DNA of 64,000 bases, taken from contig OZ024744.1 of NCBI GenBank assembly GCA_964016885.1, forward strand, positions 56,916,001-56,980,000. Reading direction: 5' to 3'. This document shows, one piece after another, positions 26,204 through 40,655 of the stretch. This DNA is from Eledone cirrhosa. Its lineage: Eukaryota. The position numbers and the translations under genes were made by a program. Position 1 is the first letter of the stretch. Each line of letters begins with the position of its first letter. Below the pieces are notes generated by a model. It was not told the origin of the DNA. It did no database searches and saw nothing but the letters and a program-made list of their open reading frames with translations.

Positions 26204-27258
26204 CTGAATCAACTGAATATGGCCTCCGATCTTTTATTTAAATATATATATATATATTTGTAAATCTTAATTTATCCTTTTAATTGAGTCTTGTGAAGCG
26301 TATTATCTTTAGTCAGTATTTGCTTCACCTTGGCGGTTTATGTCCCTTGTGATTTGAGCGCACGCGTGTATGAATCTGTGTTCGTCTCTCTTTATGGTAT
26401 ATATATTTTTACATATATATAAACACACACATGCATTCCCCATACATTTACAATCATCATCATCGTTTAACATCCATGTTGGCAAGGGTTAGATGAGTTG
26501 TCCTGTTGTGAGCAATGCCAGGTCAGGTCACCATGTCTTGATCATACAGAACTGATTTGGGCTTGGTTTCTACAGCTGGATGCCCTTCCTAACACCAACC
26601 ACATTTACAGGGACTTCTAGGTGCTTTTTGTCATGTCACCTACACAACCACTTTACAAAATATTTTTGTAGGTCAAGTCACATGCTGTATTTTCACATTG
26701 TATCCCTGTAGGGAAAAGTGTATACGAGTAAAATGCTTTACATTGCTAGATCTCTCTTATAAAACACTTTATGTTAAGCTGTTAAGAAATACATAACTTT
26801 TACAATCATTTGACATTGAAGTTATTAAAATGTCATGTCTTTTTACCAGGATGTTGCATACTGGACATATTGTCGAGGGGCCCATGTCTTGCTCATTCAT
26901 ATTTTGGCAAGATTTCTACAGCTGGATGCCCTGCCTAATGCCCAACACTGGGTACATTTATGTTCTGAGCTCAAATCCTGCTGCAGCCTACTTAGATGGT
27001 AGATTAAATCTGTTGCTTGATTTAACATGACCACCTGGTCTTTGGGTACCTTGAGTAGAATGCACTTTGTTGCATTTGAGCCAGGTCTCTAGTTTAAGGT
27101 CTTCCTCTCCTCCATCAGTTTTGAAAATCCCGAAAAGGCACATGGGCACTGCCCTCTTTGTTGAAGCAAAAAATAATACAAAAACAATTTGAAATATAAG
27201 GCAAATGAAATAAATGAACAAACAACATCAATGAACTAAGCTTTACTTTATTTATTCA

Positions 27259-27348
<90 letters not shown>

Positions 27349-29430
27349 TCAGTGGTGTTGAGAACATGAATTATCAAGAAAAAGATTTAAGGAAGAAAAA
27401 AAAGAAAAACATAAGAGTAGTAATAGTAGTAATAGTAATTATAATAATAAATATAAAGACAAGTTTGGGATGAGGGAGATAGGGATGTGCAAAATAAAAG
27501 ATTAGATTGAAAAATCTATCATCTATTTATTACCGATAGAGTTTAAAAAAAAAAAAAAAACGTTTGCTAGAAACCCTTATAAATACTGTCAGTCTAATTA
27601 TGAGAGCATTTTGAGGAGAATAAGCCAACAACAGAGCAAATGTAGTCAGTCAGATGTGTCTATATGTGTGTGAGTATATATATATATATATATATATATA
27701 TTACATATAAATATATATATTTTATTATAGGTAGATAAACATATAGATGTAAACCAGAGCAGCACTGAATGCACAACACTCCAACCAATGAATCCATTAA
27801 GAATTGCTGGATATATAATAATCATATATACAGAAAGAAAATCAACCTCATCTAAAATATAAGCATCATGACAAACTATTACATTTTTAATTTATTATTT
27901 TTCTTTTTTTTTCCTTTTTTTGTTTTTATTTTGTTAAATTTAATTTATAGTCAGAGAAAATTTAGCTTTCCCCCCTCCATGCTAAGCCACCCAGCACATA
28001 CCATTCAGAGGCCCATTCAGTCAGATCATTCACCCAAGAGATATACCATTTGATGGTAATTAGTACAAAGCATATGCTGTTAATATTTAGTTAATTAACA
28101 CTTATTTATGCTTCCACTTTTGCAGCTTCGTAGTAGTAGTAATAATAATAATAATAATAATTTTCCGTCCATTTTTCTATGCTTGCATGTTTTGAAATTT
28201 AAATGAAAATTATTTTTTGCATGATCTATCATTTCAAAAATGCCCCCCCCCCTCCCTAAACATGTATTTTATTTAAATAACTTAATCCGAGAGAAACAAT
28301 TATAAAAAAAAAAGAAAAAAAAGTGTAAAAATAATATATAAAATCCTGCCCAAACTTTGGAACTTTTCTAAAAATCTTAGCAGAATCACAATATAATCAA
28401 TAATCAACTCATCATATAAAGCTTGAATGAGGTAGCAAGAAAGAAAACCACTTTAACCAGTCATGAAATCTCAAAAAGATCTCATGAATTGCATAGCACA
28501 GAAGACAAAAAATTCACAACTTAAATATTAATAGCAAGAATTGATTCAAACAGTATTTCTGAGTTGTAGTAAGTAAAAGATGTATAATCAAAACAAAAAA
28601 AAACAAACAAATAACGTCCTCAGTTTATTCACATTGACGCAAGATTACTCCATAAAATGCCTAATGGTGCCAGTAGACGATGCTAACAGTGCCAACAGAG
28701 GTTTAGCATACTGCAGAGAGTTTTAGTTAAACTAATACTTTTAGACATTTATTCTCATAATTTGTTAAATTTTCTAGGAAAAAATATTCATAAAAAAAAA
28801 AAAAAAAAGCATCACGTGTGTTTCTCTCTCTCTCTTTCCATATGCCTATACTCAGGTGTAAATATTGGGTGTCCAAAATTGAGCTGATTTAATAATTAAA
28901 CAAAAATAACAAACAAACAAACAAGAAGAAAAAAGAAAGAAGACAGACAGACAAACATCATAAACATAGCAAATAAATAATTGAAAAAGCCAAAAGTGAA
29001 GAGAAAGCCCCTAAACAACTGTCTCTTAACACTGACTATCATCGCTCTCTCACATGTCTAATAAATATGAACGAAACACAGGTAGTTAGGAATCTGACCA
29101 ATGGCTGTATTTCTCCCTTGCCTGCAATGCTCTGCTGTTAACTCAGTCTCTTAAACTACCAATATCCAGTTATATACGTCACCAGGAAATACTATGTAAG
29201 TATGTATGTATGTATGTGTGTGTATGGATACATGTATGTGTAATGAAATAGCGATAGTAAAAAAAAACAAAAAAACATTTATATAGCAAAAGTTTGTTGC
29301 TACAACAACAAAATAAATGGCGTAGCTGTTACATAATAGTTATTTATTTTTTTTTAATTATATTTAATTTTTATTTCAGAGATATTATTAATTTTAAAAT
29401 GTCATTTACAAAGGTTCTTACTTCTCTGGA

Positions 29431-29469
29431 TGAGAGAGAGAGAGAGAGGGAGAGATAGAGAGAGAGAGG

Positions 29470-29509
<40 letters not shown>

Positions 29510-29538
29510 TAGCGAGAGAGAGAGAGAGAGAGATAGAG
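29431..29538. repeat. (GA)n microsatellite
   Basis: Imperfect GA run. Confidence 0.95.
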
Positions 29539-29916
29539 ATATTATCTCTTGCTTATTCTTTAATTTAGAAATGTCTTTTTCTTTTTTTGGTGGAGGGAAG
29601 GGGTGGACCGGGGATATTACCATAAATTCTTATGGAATTTATTATATTAGGGAAGAGACAAAAATGTTAAAATTGTTATTATTAATTTCATTTTTTTGTA
29701 ATCTTTCTCTAAGTTATTTACATTTTATAACTATAATTTATACACAGTGAGTACATGAGTTACCAAACATGTTGAAAGGTCGCTGTGCTCTAGTAATCAA
29801 GGCTGTACACTTTACAGACAGGGCACCTGACATGGCACAAATCTACAGGTAAAATCACAAGAAAAGCCATATAACAATGGATGGAAATTTTGATGTTTGC
29901 AATAAATTAGAAACAA

Positions 29917-29956
<40 letters not shown>

Positions 29957-30794
29957 GTAAAATGGTTGCACATTCAGAGGACTGAAGGTAAGGGGTGCTC
30001 AACTCAAAGCGCTTATTATAGTTTAGTGTCTTAATTCACCCCTCATTAAATCCCACTCCAAATAACACATGCTATCACGAAAACAATGTTGTAGGGGGGG
30101 GGGGATCTCTCGAAACTAGAACAACTTCCTTACAGTCCACTGGTGGCGGGCACTGTTTCACCATAAACAAAAGATTCATTGCATTTTATTCTGTGTCTCA
30201 TTGTATCTCCATTTACAGCCACAACAGATTTGCTTTTGTATTTTCGGGATCTTTAGTGTTAGTAATTCTTTTTTTTTTATAAAGAAAAAAAAAATATGGA
30301 AAAAAAAAAAAGGAAATGCAGCCAAACAACTTAAGGAAATCTATTTGTAAAAACAAATGCAGGGAGAAAATACACCAATATATCACTCATTATTGTGGTC
30401 TATTTCCTCCTCACACTCAGTTCACAAATCAGGGTTAAACCTCCTTGAGTGGTTGCATGTTACTCAGTTGACACCTATGGAGATGGCAACCAATTCATTT
30501 ATATTCCTGCTGATCGTTATAACAACACCAAACTGATATGTATGTATGTACAAATACCAGCAGTTGAAGAATATAAAGTCTGGAATATACTGTAGATTTT
30601 AAAACTTATCCACACGCAAAATGCCTTCATCTTGAGTTACTGGAATGCTGCAACACATCAATGTTTTAAGGAAATTCAGAAGTGAACAGACTGCTCCTCG
30701 TAAAAATAAGAAGCAAGCTTCAGTTTATAGCTCCCTTACCAAAAAACAAAATAATGGACAAAGAAACACACAGCCAACCACTCCAGTAACAATC

Positions 30795-30842
<48 letters not shown>

Positions 30843-32284
30843 ATATACACACATACGTTATATGTAAATATATATATTTCTCTCTACAATGAAAAACACA
30901 AAATATTTGCTATATGATGAACTGTATTAGTTAATTGAACTATAGAAACTAATATACTATATTATAAAGAGGAGCTAAACAGTTTCAGTTCAAGCACGAA
31001 GCTAACAGCATAGAAACAGTTTAAAGAAGAACTATAATAGAAATGGATTCAATAAATAAAAAAAAAATATTTAAAAATTATTTGATTCTATATAGGACAC
31101 AATTGCTTCATAGCAGCAGTTTTTTGTCAGAAATTAATTTATTTTATATATGTATATAGGTATGTATGTGGAAAAAATAAATACCAGCAGCAGCAGCCGG
31201 GAGGATGGGGACCCGCCTCGTTCAGGTGGAGGGCAGGAAGGGGAGTCGTTCGCCTGCGACGACACTGGTGCCAAGCTGCATCGGTCTTTGTCTTTCCCTC
31301 GGATAATATTGGTGTAGAGAGGGGAGACCTGCACACATGAGCATCTGGTGGTCTTCCACAAAACACTTACCCAGGCTTGAACCTTGCAGAGGAACTTTCC
31401 AGGTGCAAACCCAGGGTCAGTAATGAAGGGTGTCTATTTATGTGCATGTGTGTGTGTGTGTGCTGTAATTGTTGATACAATTTAGATATGTTAAAAACAT
31501 GTTTTGAATGTATGTGTATTTAAATGATAAAAAGTAGTAAACCTGAGTGCATCTCATGACGGAACACTTGATTACAACTCATGATGATAAACCTGAGTGC
31601 AGCTCATGATAGAAGTGATTGTATATGGAACCAACAGACTGTTTTATGTGGTCAACTATGTCCTTTTATTTCTTTATTTTTACACAACACAAGATTATGT
31701 AAATTTCTTCTTTATGTGCAACCATTAACAAAACAAGAATGTGAATCTCTTAAGCATCATACACTCAGAATTTCAGTTTTTTTTTTAAATATTAAAAAAA
31801 AAAAGTAATAATAATAAAGCTAACTGCTTTCATTTTTTCCTTTTTTTCTTTTTTCCTTTAGTGAAATATGAGAGCACAAAGGGAGAGATGAAACCATAAC
31901 TTTTAAGACTTATGGAACTGAGTATCAGACATTGATTCTCAGTAGCTTTGTTCTTTTTTCTTATTCTCTATGTCAATCAAACTTAGTTAACACAGATAAA
32001 AGAAAAAAAATGAAATAGAAATCAAGAGGAATGAAGAAATATTTAAGAAAACAGATGAAAAGAAAGAATGGAAAAAAACAAGAATCACCCATATTTGTAT
32101 AGATGACATGAGCTGGGTGAAAGAGATGACCAACTGAGCAGTAAGAGAAGGGTGTGGTGGTGGTAGTAGTGGTAGTGGTGGAATAGGAGTTAAACATTAG
32201 CTATATGATGTAGCATATAAAAGAAGTAAGCTGGATGGGGTGGCATGCTATACACATAGGCTGGCTGTACAAGACAAACTGACA

Positions 32285-32365
32285 TCAAAAAGGCCGACTT
32301 GACAATTGGTCTGAACTTGCAGTTCTGCTTCGGATACTAAGGTCGCCTATAGATCGACGATTTTC
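32285..32365 (-). CDS. KLC: Kinesin light chain, terminal coding exon (ENRRSIGDLSIRSRTASSDQLSSRPF*)
   Basis: Polypyrimidine TTCCAG acceptor, phase 0 matching the previous exon, ends in TGA. Confidence 0.78.
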   Translation of the reverse strand, partial: ENRRSIGDLSIRSRTASSDQLSSRPF

Positions 32366-33867
32366 CTGGAATTAAAAAGAAAAAGAAAAGAGAGGAAACA
32401 AATTTTAAAGTTTTTTGTTTATTTTAAATAAAAATATATATCTTCATTTAATATTTTCCTGACTGATGGACGGGGGCGAGATGGAGGGCACATTGCTTAC
32501 ATACATTCCCATATAGAATGTACTAGGTGCATTTTATTATGGCACCAGCACTAGAAAGGTTGTCATATTATTAACATGACTGAAGAATCCTCTTAACCCT
32601 TTTATATATATAAAATTTTTAATTAATTCTACCCAAAAGGGAAACAGTTGACTTGAATCTCTTTTTTTTTCCTTTAAATATTTTTAACCCCCAAAATAGC
32701 ATAATTTCATGAAATTTAAACAAAAAAGAATATCTACTCTTATGTTAGAGGTGGAACCAGTGCCTGTAGCCATTCTCAGCCTTCATAGATAGACTAAACA
32801 ACAAAACCTCTGTATGAAGAATAAAAAACAAAACTGTCTCCAATCTAATTTAAATTAAGAACATTGAGTATACATAGTTACACTGTTATTGATGTTGTTA
32901 CAACTCACACTTACACAGGTTCAGCTGGCTTCCTATCAGGTTGCATATTATAGTAAGTTTTTCCATGTTTTAATGATAGGACTCCCAGTCCTATTAACAC
33001 AACATATTATTGCTACAGTCCCCACCTACAAAGTTACATGGCATGGAAGGTTTCTTAAGTGTGGATGCCAGTTTGTCTGAGAGGGGACACCCCAGCAGAT
33101 GCTGCTACTCACGTTTTATTTCAACTGAACGGACTGAAGCAACAAGAAATGGAGTATCTTACTCAAGGACACAGTGTGCCATCAGGTCCAGAAATCAAAC
33201 TCATGGCTGTATGATCCATCTAATCCAGCTAGCTACTTATTCAGTTCTCATTTTACATTTAACTCTTCAATACAAAATTATTAAGTTGAAGACATATCTA
33301 AATTAAAACTTTCCATCTTAATTTTATGGAAGAATATTTAGATATGTTAATGTTCTAAACATACTGACTGTATAATTCATTAGAAATATAGTCATAAAAT
33401 GATTTCCATCAGTAATGGTGAATTATAAAAATGATATGAATATTTCCACTTCCTACAGAGTTAGAGTGAGGAACTTGGTTTCCTGGATACAAGCACCAAT
33501 CTCATTGATCAGCTGAGCTGGGGGTATAATACTGTAAATACTAATTACACTGAATTACTTCAGTGTAATTAGTTAGGTAGATGACAGGCTTCTGCACAGT
33601 TTCCCCCTAATAAATTCCATCCAAAAAGCATTGATCAACCCAAGGAGGTAGAAGACATTTGTTCAAGGTGCCATGCAAAGCAAACTCTTTAACCACATGA
33701 TTATGCCTGTACTGTTGTGTGCAAAACGTTCCTCTTCATTATGATAATACTGTTGTTTGACTTTTGAAACTATTTTGGATGAATAGGAAATAACATGAAA
33801 TTCACTGCTGGAGTCATGTACCAATATGCTTCCTTCCCTCCCACCACAAATTAAATAAAATTTGGTC

Positions 33868-35270
33868 AAATAATTGTTTCTACTTTTGGCACAAGGCCAG
33901 CAATTATCCCAGTGTATTACTGGTACTTTATTTTATCGACCCTGTAAGGATGAAAGGCAAAGTTAACCTTTGGTCAAATAATAATAATAAAAATAATTGT
34001 TTCTACATTTGGCACAAGGCCAGCAATGTGAAGAGAAAGGGAAAGTCAATTAAATCGACCCCAATGCATTACCAATATTTTATTTTATGGACCCCGTAAG
34101 GTTGGAAGGCAAAGCTAACCTTGGTGGGATTTGAATTCAGAACGGAAAGGGCCGTAACTCTATGTCACAAAACGTTGTCCGACGCTCTACCAATACTACC
34201 AATCCACAATAATGATAATAATAAATGTAAAAGAATAAAAAAATTCTCAATAAAATAACACAAAGAGAGAAAGAAACGTTAGTAAAACCTTACACTTAAT
34301 TTATCTTTACTGCTTGTTGGGAGTACTGACAAGGAGCTTGCTCTTTTCATACTGAAATATAAAAATAAATAATGAAAGAAAATCGAAAAAAATAAATAAA
34401 TAAAATAAAAGTGAAAATAAATCGACATAACCCCCCCCCCCCAAAAAAAAAACATTTTTTAAAAAGTGTGAGTAATAACAAACAGCTTTGTGTTAGTTAA
34501 AAAATAACGATCAAAGAACTATCTACATAGCATAATTCATAATTTGAAACAATGCAGCTGAGGAGAAAAAGGAGGGGAGGAGGAGAGACAAGTATATATA
34601 ACCTGAAAATGGAGCAACAACAACAATAATAATGATTTCTACTTTGGACACAAGGCCAGCAATTTTTTGAGAAGAGAAAGTTGATTACATCACCCCCACC
34701 AGTCTTGAGTGCTATTTTATTTTATCGTTCACCAAAAGGTTGGAAGGCAAAGTTAACTGCAGTGAAATGTGAAGTTAGCATGTAGACATTCGCAACTATA
34801 TCGCAGCTATATAACATTTTGTCAGATGCTCTACCAATACAGCCAATTCATTGCCTTATAATAAATAATTGTTTCTACTTTTGGCACAAGGCCAGCAATA
34901 ACCAGTACATTACTGGTACTTTATTTTATCGACCCCGTAAGGATGAAAGGCAAAGTTAACCTCGGCGGGATTTGAACTCAGAATGGCAAGGGCCGTAACT
35001 CTATGCGTCAAATCATGGCGTCCGACCCTCTACCGATACTGCCAATCCACTGCCTTATAATAAATAATGATGATTTCTACTTTAAGCAAAAGGCCAGTCA
35101 TTTGGGGACATAGGGTAAGCTGATTATATCAACCCCAGTTCTTTACTGGTATTTTATTTTATCTACCCCGTAAGGATGAAAAGCAAAATTTGAGCTCAGA
35201 ACCTAAAGAACCAGAACAAATATTGCTAAACATTTGTCCAATGCTCTAACGATTCTGCCAATCCACTATT
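33868..35270 (-). mobile_element. Cluster of five family-B SINE copies around the KLC exon
   Basis: Copies near 33868-33972, 33990-34207, 34630-34857, 34862-35054 (full length, A-box TGGCAGTATCGG, B-box GAGTTCAAATCCC), 35068-35267. Confidence 0.88.
34294..34351 (-). CDS. KLC: Kinesin light chain exon ((S)MKRASSLSVLPTSSKDKLS)
   Basis: TTTCAG acceptor, GTAAGG donor, phase 2 to 0; MKRASSL motif of KLC C-termini. Confidence 0.9.
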
Positions 35271-35331
35271 AGAATTTATTTTTATAATTTCAAATTATTG
35301 ACAATAACCAATTCCACCCACATGAGTTTTG

Positions 35332-35371
<40 letters not shown>

Positions 35372-36739
35372 ACATTTTAAGGAATGTTTCTTAAGTATGT
35401 CACAACAGTATCGGATTCTAAAAGACTATCTTCATTGATAGCAGCTAAATTTAAACAGACATTTTTCCGTTTCAGTTTTGTTTAAAACAAGACTAGAACA
35501 TTGGTGATTGGCAGCATGATATGTTTGCATTGAATAACCCTTTTATGATCATATTTCTAAAAAACTACACTATTTCAATCAATTAATGAAGAATTTTGAG
35601 TGATTTACTAAATTATTAATTATTTTATTACTAAGACAGTAACTTAACATACAATTTTTATATAAAATCATGTTAGAAGATTTTAATTTAAATAGAAACT
35701 CTTTAAAATAAGTGATTTGTTTCATAAAACCAGAGCCAATTTTGGTATCTTCATTTGTCTCAAGCAACATTGGATAATAATTTTCTCTCATCAAACAAAG
35801 TCTTACAATATTGAAATTTTTCAAATTATAAATCAAATAATTTGAAAGCTTTCCTCATCGTAAGATAACTTCTAAATAACAATTACTTTCTTTTACTCTA
35901 CATGTGACTAACTTTATGATTGCTTCATGGTGTTGGCAGACAGAATAACAAATGCATTACTCTAGAAGGAAGTTTTATTATACTGCACTACACAAATCCT
36001 GCTGGATTGAGTCCCTCCAACAACTCCTAGTCAAAATGCACCTCTATTGTTTTGGTTTTGCACTCTGTTGCCTATGAGGTGAACTCATTCGTGATGTACC
36101 AGATGGCATAAACAGCAAGGCAGACAGGCAAGATCAATTTGTTATCTTGACCTGATATCTGGTTCTCACATATGGTGTCTGATGTTAGAATTGTGATCAG
36201 TTGATAATATCTGCATCAGACATCTAGGATCATTGTGCATGGGTAGTCCCTGAAAATATTTGGGTACACAAGCTGAAACTAGCTGAACCCTTCCTGGATG
36301 AGTAACAACATAAGTACAAATACTGACAGCATTTATTGCTTATATATTAACACATATGTAGTTAGTATCCTCACATTACTTATATTTACTTTAGAGTAAA
36401 AATACCTAGTCATTATATCGAAAAACACTGATTAATACATATATAAATGTTTTGTGACTGGCTTAGAGCCAGAAATATTTTTTTTTTTTAAAGGGATGGG
36501 CCACATTTGACATAATTGACTGAGGTAAATTAATTTCAGCAAAAGTAGAAGGTAAAAGGACATAAGAAACCAATGAAACATCTAGTTCCACCATGACAAC
36601 GACAACGACCACCACCACCATCACCTACATTTTCTAATACTGTGTGGATTTCTAACACTGGCAGAAGAAAATCCTCCAGTTTAAGTCATTGATTAAAGCA
36701 GCTATTGGCTGCTATTTATAATTAACTTTGGAATAATAA

Positions 36740-36963
36740 TAATAAGAGTTTCAGATTTAGGTACAAGGCCAGCAATGAGGGGGGGGGGGGGGGCGATTAA
36801 ATCGACCCCAGTGTGTGACTGGTGCTTTATTTTATCGACCAGCCAGAAGGATGAAAGGCAAAGTTGATTACGGTGACATTTGAATACACAAAGTAGAAAG
36901 CCCTAACTAAATATAGCAAACTGTTTTTTTCAGACAATCTTAATAATTTGAGTCCATTGCCCT
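36740..36963 (-). mobile_element. Family-B SINE, diverged
   Basis: ACAAGGCCAGCAA...TTTATTTTATCGACC...GGATGAAAGGCAAAG. Confidence 0.8.
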
Positions 36964-37498
36964 ACAAATATTACTACTGTGTTGAGTTCCTGTGAAACAT
37001 GATTCTTCTCATCTCAAAGTCATAAAGGAAAAGAATCAACTATACTGTTTGTCTTTCACCCCCCCCCCCCCCCCATTCCTCCCTACCTGTTTCAGAACCT
37101 CACCACCACCAAGTGTGATATGCGATACGCTGCACTTTCTCCCAACAATATAACAAAAAAAATAAAAATAATAATAAATATATACAGTTATCATTAAAAG
37201 TATATCAACCCTGTAAATAAAGTGATTTATCTAAATGCAACTTAAATACTTTGTTATTGTTTTATTTTTAATGAAAGGCAGAACAAATAAGTAAGCAGAT
37301 GAAAGATATTTTTAATGTTGTCAAATTATATTTTCTTAGGATATTTTGAGGATGGCAATACCCTAAATTACCTCTCCAATACTTAAAAATAAGAAATGTT
37401 TTATAGACATGGATTTGTTTTTATATATATAAAATATATATATATAAAATATATATATATATAAAATATATATATATATATAATATATATATATATAT

Positions 37499-37557
<59 letters not shown>

Positions 37558-37609
37558 TATATATATATATATATAATATATATATATATAAAATATATAT
37601 ATATATAAA

Positions 37610-37643
<34 letters not shown>

Positions 37644-37689
37644 TATATATATTTTATATATATGTATATATATATATATATATATTTCG

Positions 37690-38095
37690 TTTCTGAATTT
37701 GTTTAGCAAGATTCTTTATCTGAAATCGTGTGTTGAAACCGATATTGTTATACTTTGGGAGGGTCATGTTGCCAATAAGAAACACACGCACCAGTTGCTT
37801 TCACTTCAATTTATTATAATAAATTTATAAATTTCTAGTTGGTTGGTTGGTTCCACAACCAGATAGTTGTTTATATATAGTCGTAGTTCTTTCGTCACAC
37901 ACTGAGACCTCTTCAGTGACTGGGGATTCCTTTCTTTGTTTCTGTGCCTCTCCTTTGTTCTGTCCTACGCCATTTTGTTTCTGTGTGTGTGCTGTGTGCT
38001 CAGTCTGCGCATGCGCCACATAATAAATTGAAGTGAAAGCAACTGCTGCGTGTGTTTCTTATTGGCAACATGACCCTCCCAAAGTATAACAATAT
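37690..38095 (-). mobile_element. Penelope pLTR-like segment: 76-bp inverted repeats around a hammerhead-like motif
   Basis: IR 37742-37817 / 38020-38095 (1 mismatch); minus AGTCA-CTGAAGA-GGTCTCAGTGTGTGAC-GAAA-GAAC-TA-CGACT at 37921-37879; flanked by AT arrays. Confidence 0.6.
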
Positions 38096-39078
38096 ATATA
38101 TATATATATATATATATTTTATATATATATATATATATATTTTATATATATATATATTTTATATATATATATATATATTTTATATATATATATATATATT
38201 TTATATATATATATATATATTTTATATATATATATATATATTTTATATATATATATATATATTTTATATATATATATATATTTTATATATATATATATAT
38301 ATTTTATATATATATATATATTTTATATATATATATATATATTTTATATATATATATATATATTTTATATATATATATATATATTTTATATATATATATA
38401 TATTTTATATATATATATATATTTTATATATATATATATATTTTATATATATATATATATTTTATATATATATATATTTTATATATATATATATATTTTA
38501 TATATATATATATATTTTATATATATATATATATTTTATATATATATATATATTTTATATATATATATATATTTTATATATATATATATTTTATATATAT
38601 ATATATATATTTTATATATATATATATTTTATATATATATATATATATTTTATATATATATATATTTTATATATATATATATATATATATTTTATATATA
38701 TATATATATATTTTATATATATATATATATATTTTATATATATATATATTTTATATATATATATATATATTTTATATATATATATATATATTTTATATAT
38801 ATATATATTTTATATATATATATATATTTTATATATATATATATTTTATATATATATATATATTTTATATATATATATATTTTATATATATATATATATT
38901 TTATATATATATATATATATTTTATATATATATATATATATTTTATATATATATATATATTTTATATATATATATATATATTTTATATATATATATATAT
39001 TTTATATATATATATATATATTTTATATATATATATATATATATTTTATATATATATTTTATATATATATTTTATATA

Positions 39079-39117
<39 letters not shown>

Positions 39118-39300
39118 ATATATATATATATATATTTTATATATATATTTTATATATATATATATATATATTTTATATATATATATATATATATTTTATA
39201 TATATATTTTATATATATATTTTATATATATATATATATATATTTTATATATATATTTTATATATATATTTTATATATATATATTTTATATATATATATA

Positions 39301-39367
<67 letters not shown>

Positions 39368-39385
39368 ATATATTATATATATATA
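38091..39385. repeat. 1.3-kb (AT)n array punctuated by TTTT about every 20 bp; mirror array with AAAA at 37420-37686
   Basis: Direct reading. Confidence 0.95.
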
Positions 39386-39406
39386 TACACACACACATAT
39401 ATATAT

Positions 39407-39695
39407 GGAGGCACATAGCTTAGTGGTTAGAGCATTGGCCTTGCAATCGAAAGGTTGTGAGTTCAATTCTCAGACCGGGTGATGTGTTGTTTCCTTGAGC
39501 AAGACACTTTATTTCACATTGCTCCAGTTTACTCAGCTGTAGAAATGAGATGATAGGACTGGGTTCCATATCATTCCACGGCAAAAAAGCACCCAGCACT
39601 CACTGTAAATGAGGTTGGTGTTAGGAAGGGCATCCAGCCAGAATCAGTTCCCGTCCCACCCTTGCAAGCAGGGAAAAGTGGACGTAAAATGATGA

Positions 39696-39699
<4 letters not shown>
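39407..39699 (+). mobile_element. Full-length family-A SINE
   Basis: GGAGGCACATAGCTTAGTGGTTAGAGC (A box), GAGTTCAATTCTC (B box), RTE-like body and 3' end, (TGA)n tail. Confidence 0.92.
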
Positions 39700-39740
<41 letters not shown>

Positions 39741-39887
39741 ATCTATTTTTTAGAAACATTGAGTGAATTACAAATTTTTGAAAGTTAACACACTACCTCT
39801 CTCTCTCTCTCTAAATACACACACACACACACACTTCGTTTTTGTTTTTTGTATTTGTTTTACCAGATTCATGATGTGAAATTCCAT

Positions 39888-40256
39888 ATCATCATCATGA
39901 TTTTACGTCCGCTTTTTCCCTGCTTGCAAGGGTGGGATGGGAACTGATTCTGGCTTGATTTCTACAGCTAGATACCCTTCCTAACACCAACCTCATTTAC
40001 AGTGAGTGCTGGGTGCTTTTTTTCTGTGGCGCCTACACGTCCACTTTACAGTGTGGGCTGGGTGCTTTTTTGCCGTGGCTCCTCCACGTCCACTTTGCAG
40101 TGGGATGATAGGGACCCCCAGTCCCTATACAGCTGAGTAAACTGGAGCAATGTGAAATAAAGTGTCTTGCTCAAGGAAACAACACATCACCCGGTCTGAG
40201 AATTGAACTCACAAACTTTCGATTGCAAGGCTTTAACCACTAAGCTATGTGCCTCC
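39888..40256 (-). mobile_element. Family-A SINE, inverted relative to the copy at 39407
   Basis: Reverse-complement homology with an internal tandem duplication. Confidence 0.92.
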
Positions 40257-40464
40257 ATATATATATATTAGGAAAGGACATCCAGCCATAGAAACTGTAC
40301 CAGAATGGCACACATGAGTGAGGGACAATCATTTGCCATCAAAGCCATGAAGGCATCAAAAGTAGACATTAAACTGTGATGACTGAATGAATGCATTAAT
40401 GTACATTAAACTGTGATGACTGAATGAATGCATTAATATACATATGCGTATATGTATAAATGTA

Positions 40465-40655
<191 letters not shown>

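Noticed and set aside
39407-39480. tRNA gene
   Set aside because: A/B boxes run into a repeated SINE body and LINE tail; no proper acceptor stem
38052-39482. 476-aa ORF and the other IY/CV/HT/ER-rich ORFs in the track
   Set aside because: Translations of (AT)n, (CA)n and (GA)n microsatellites
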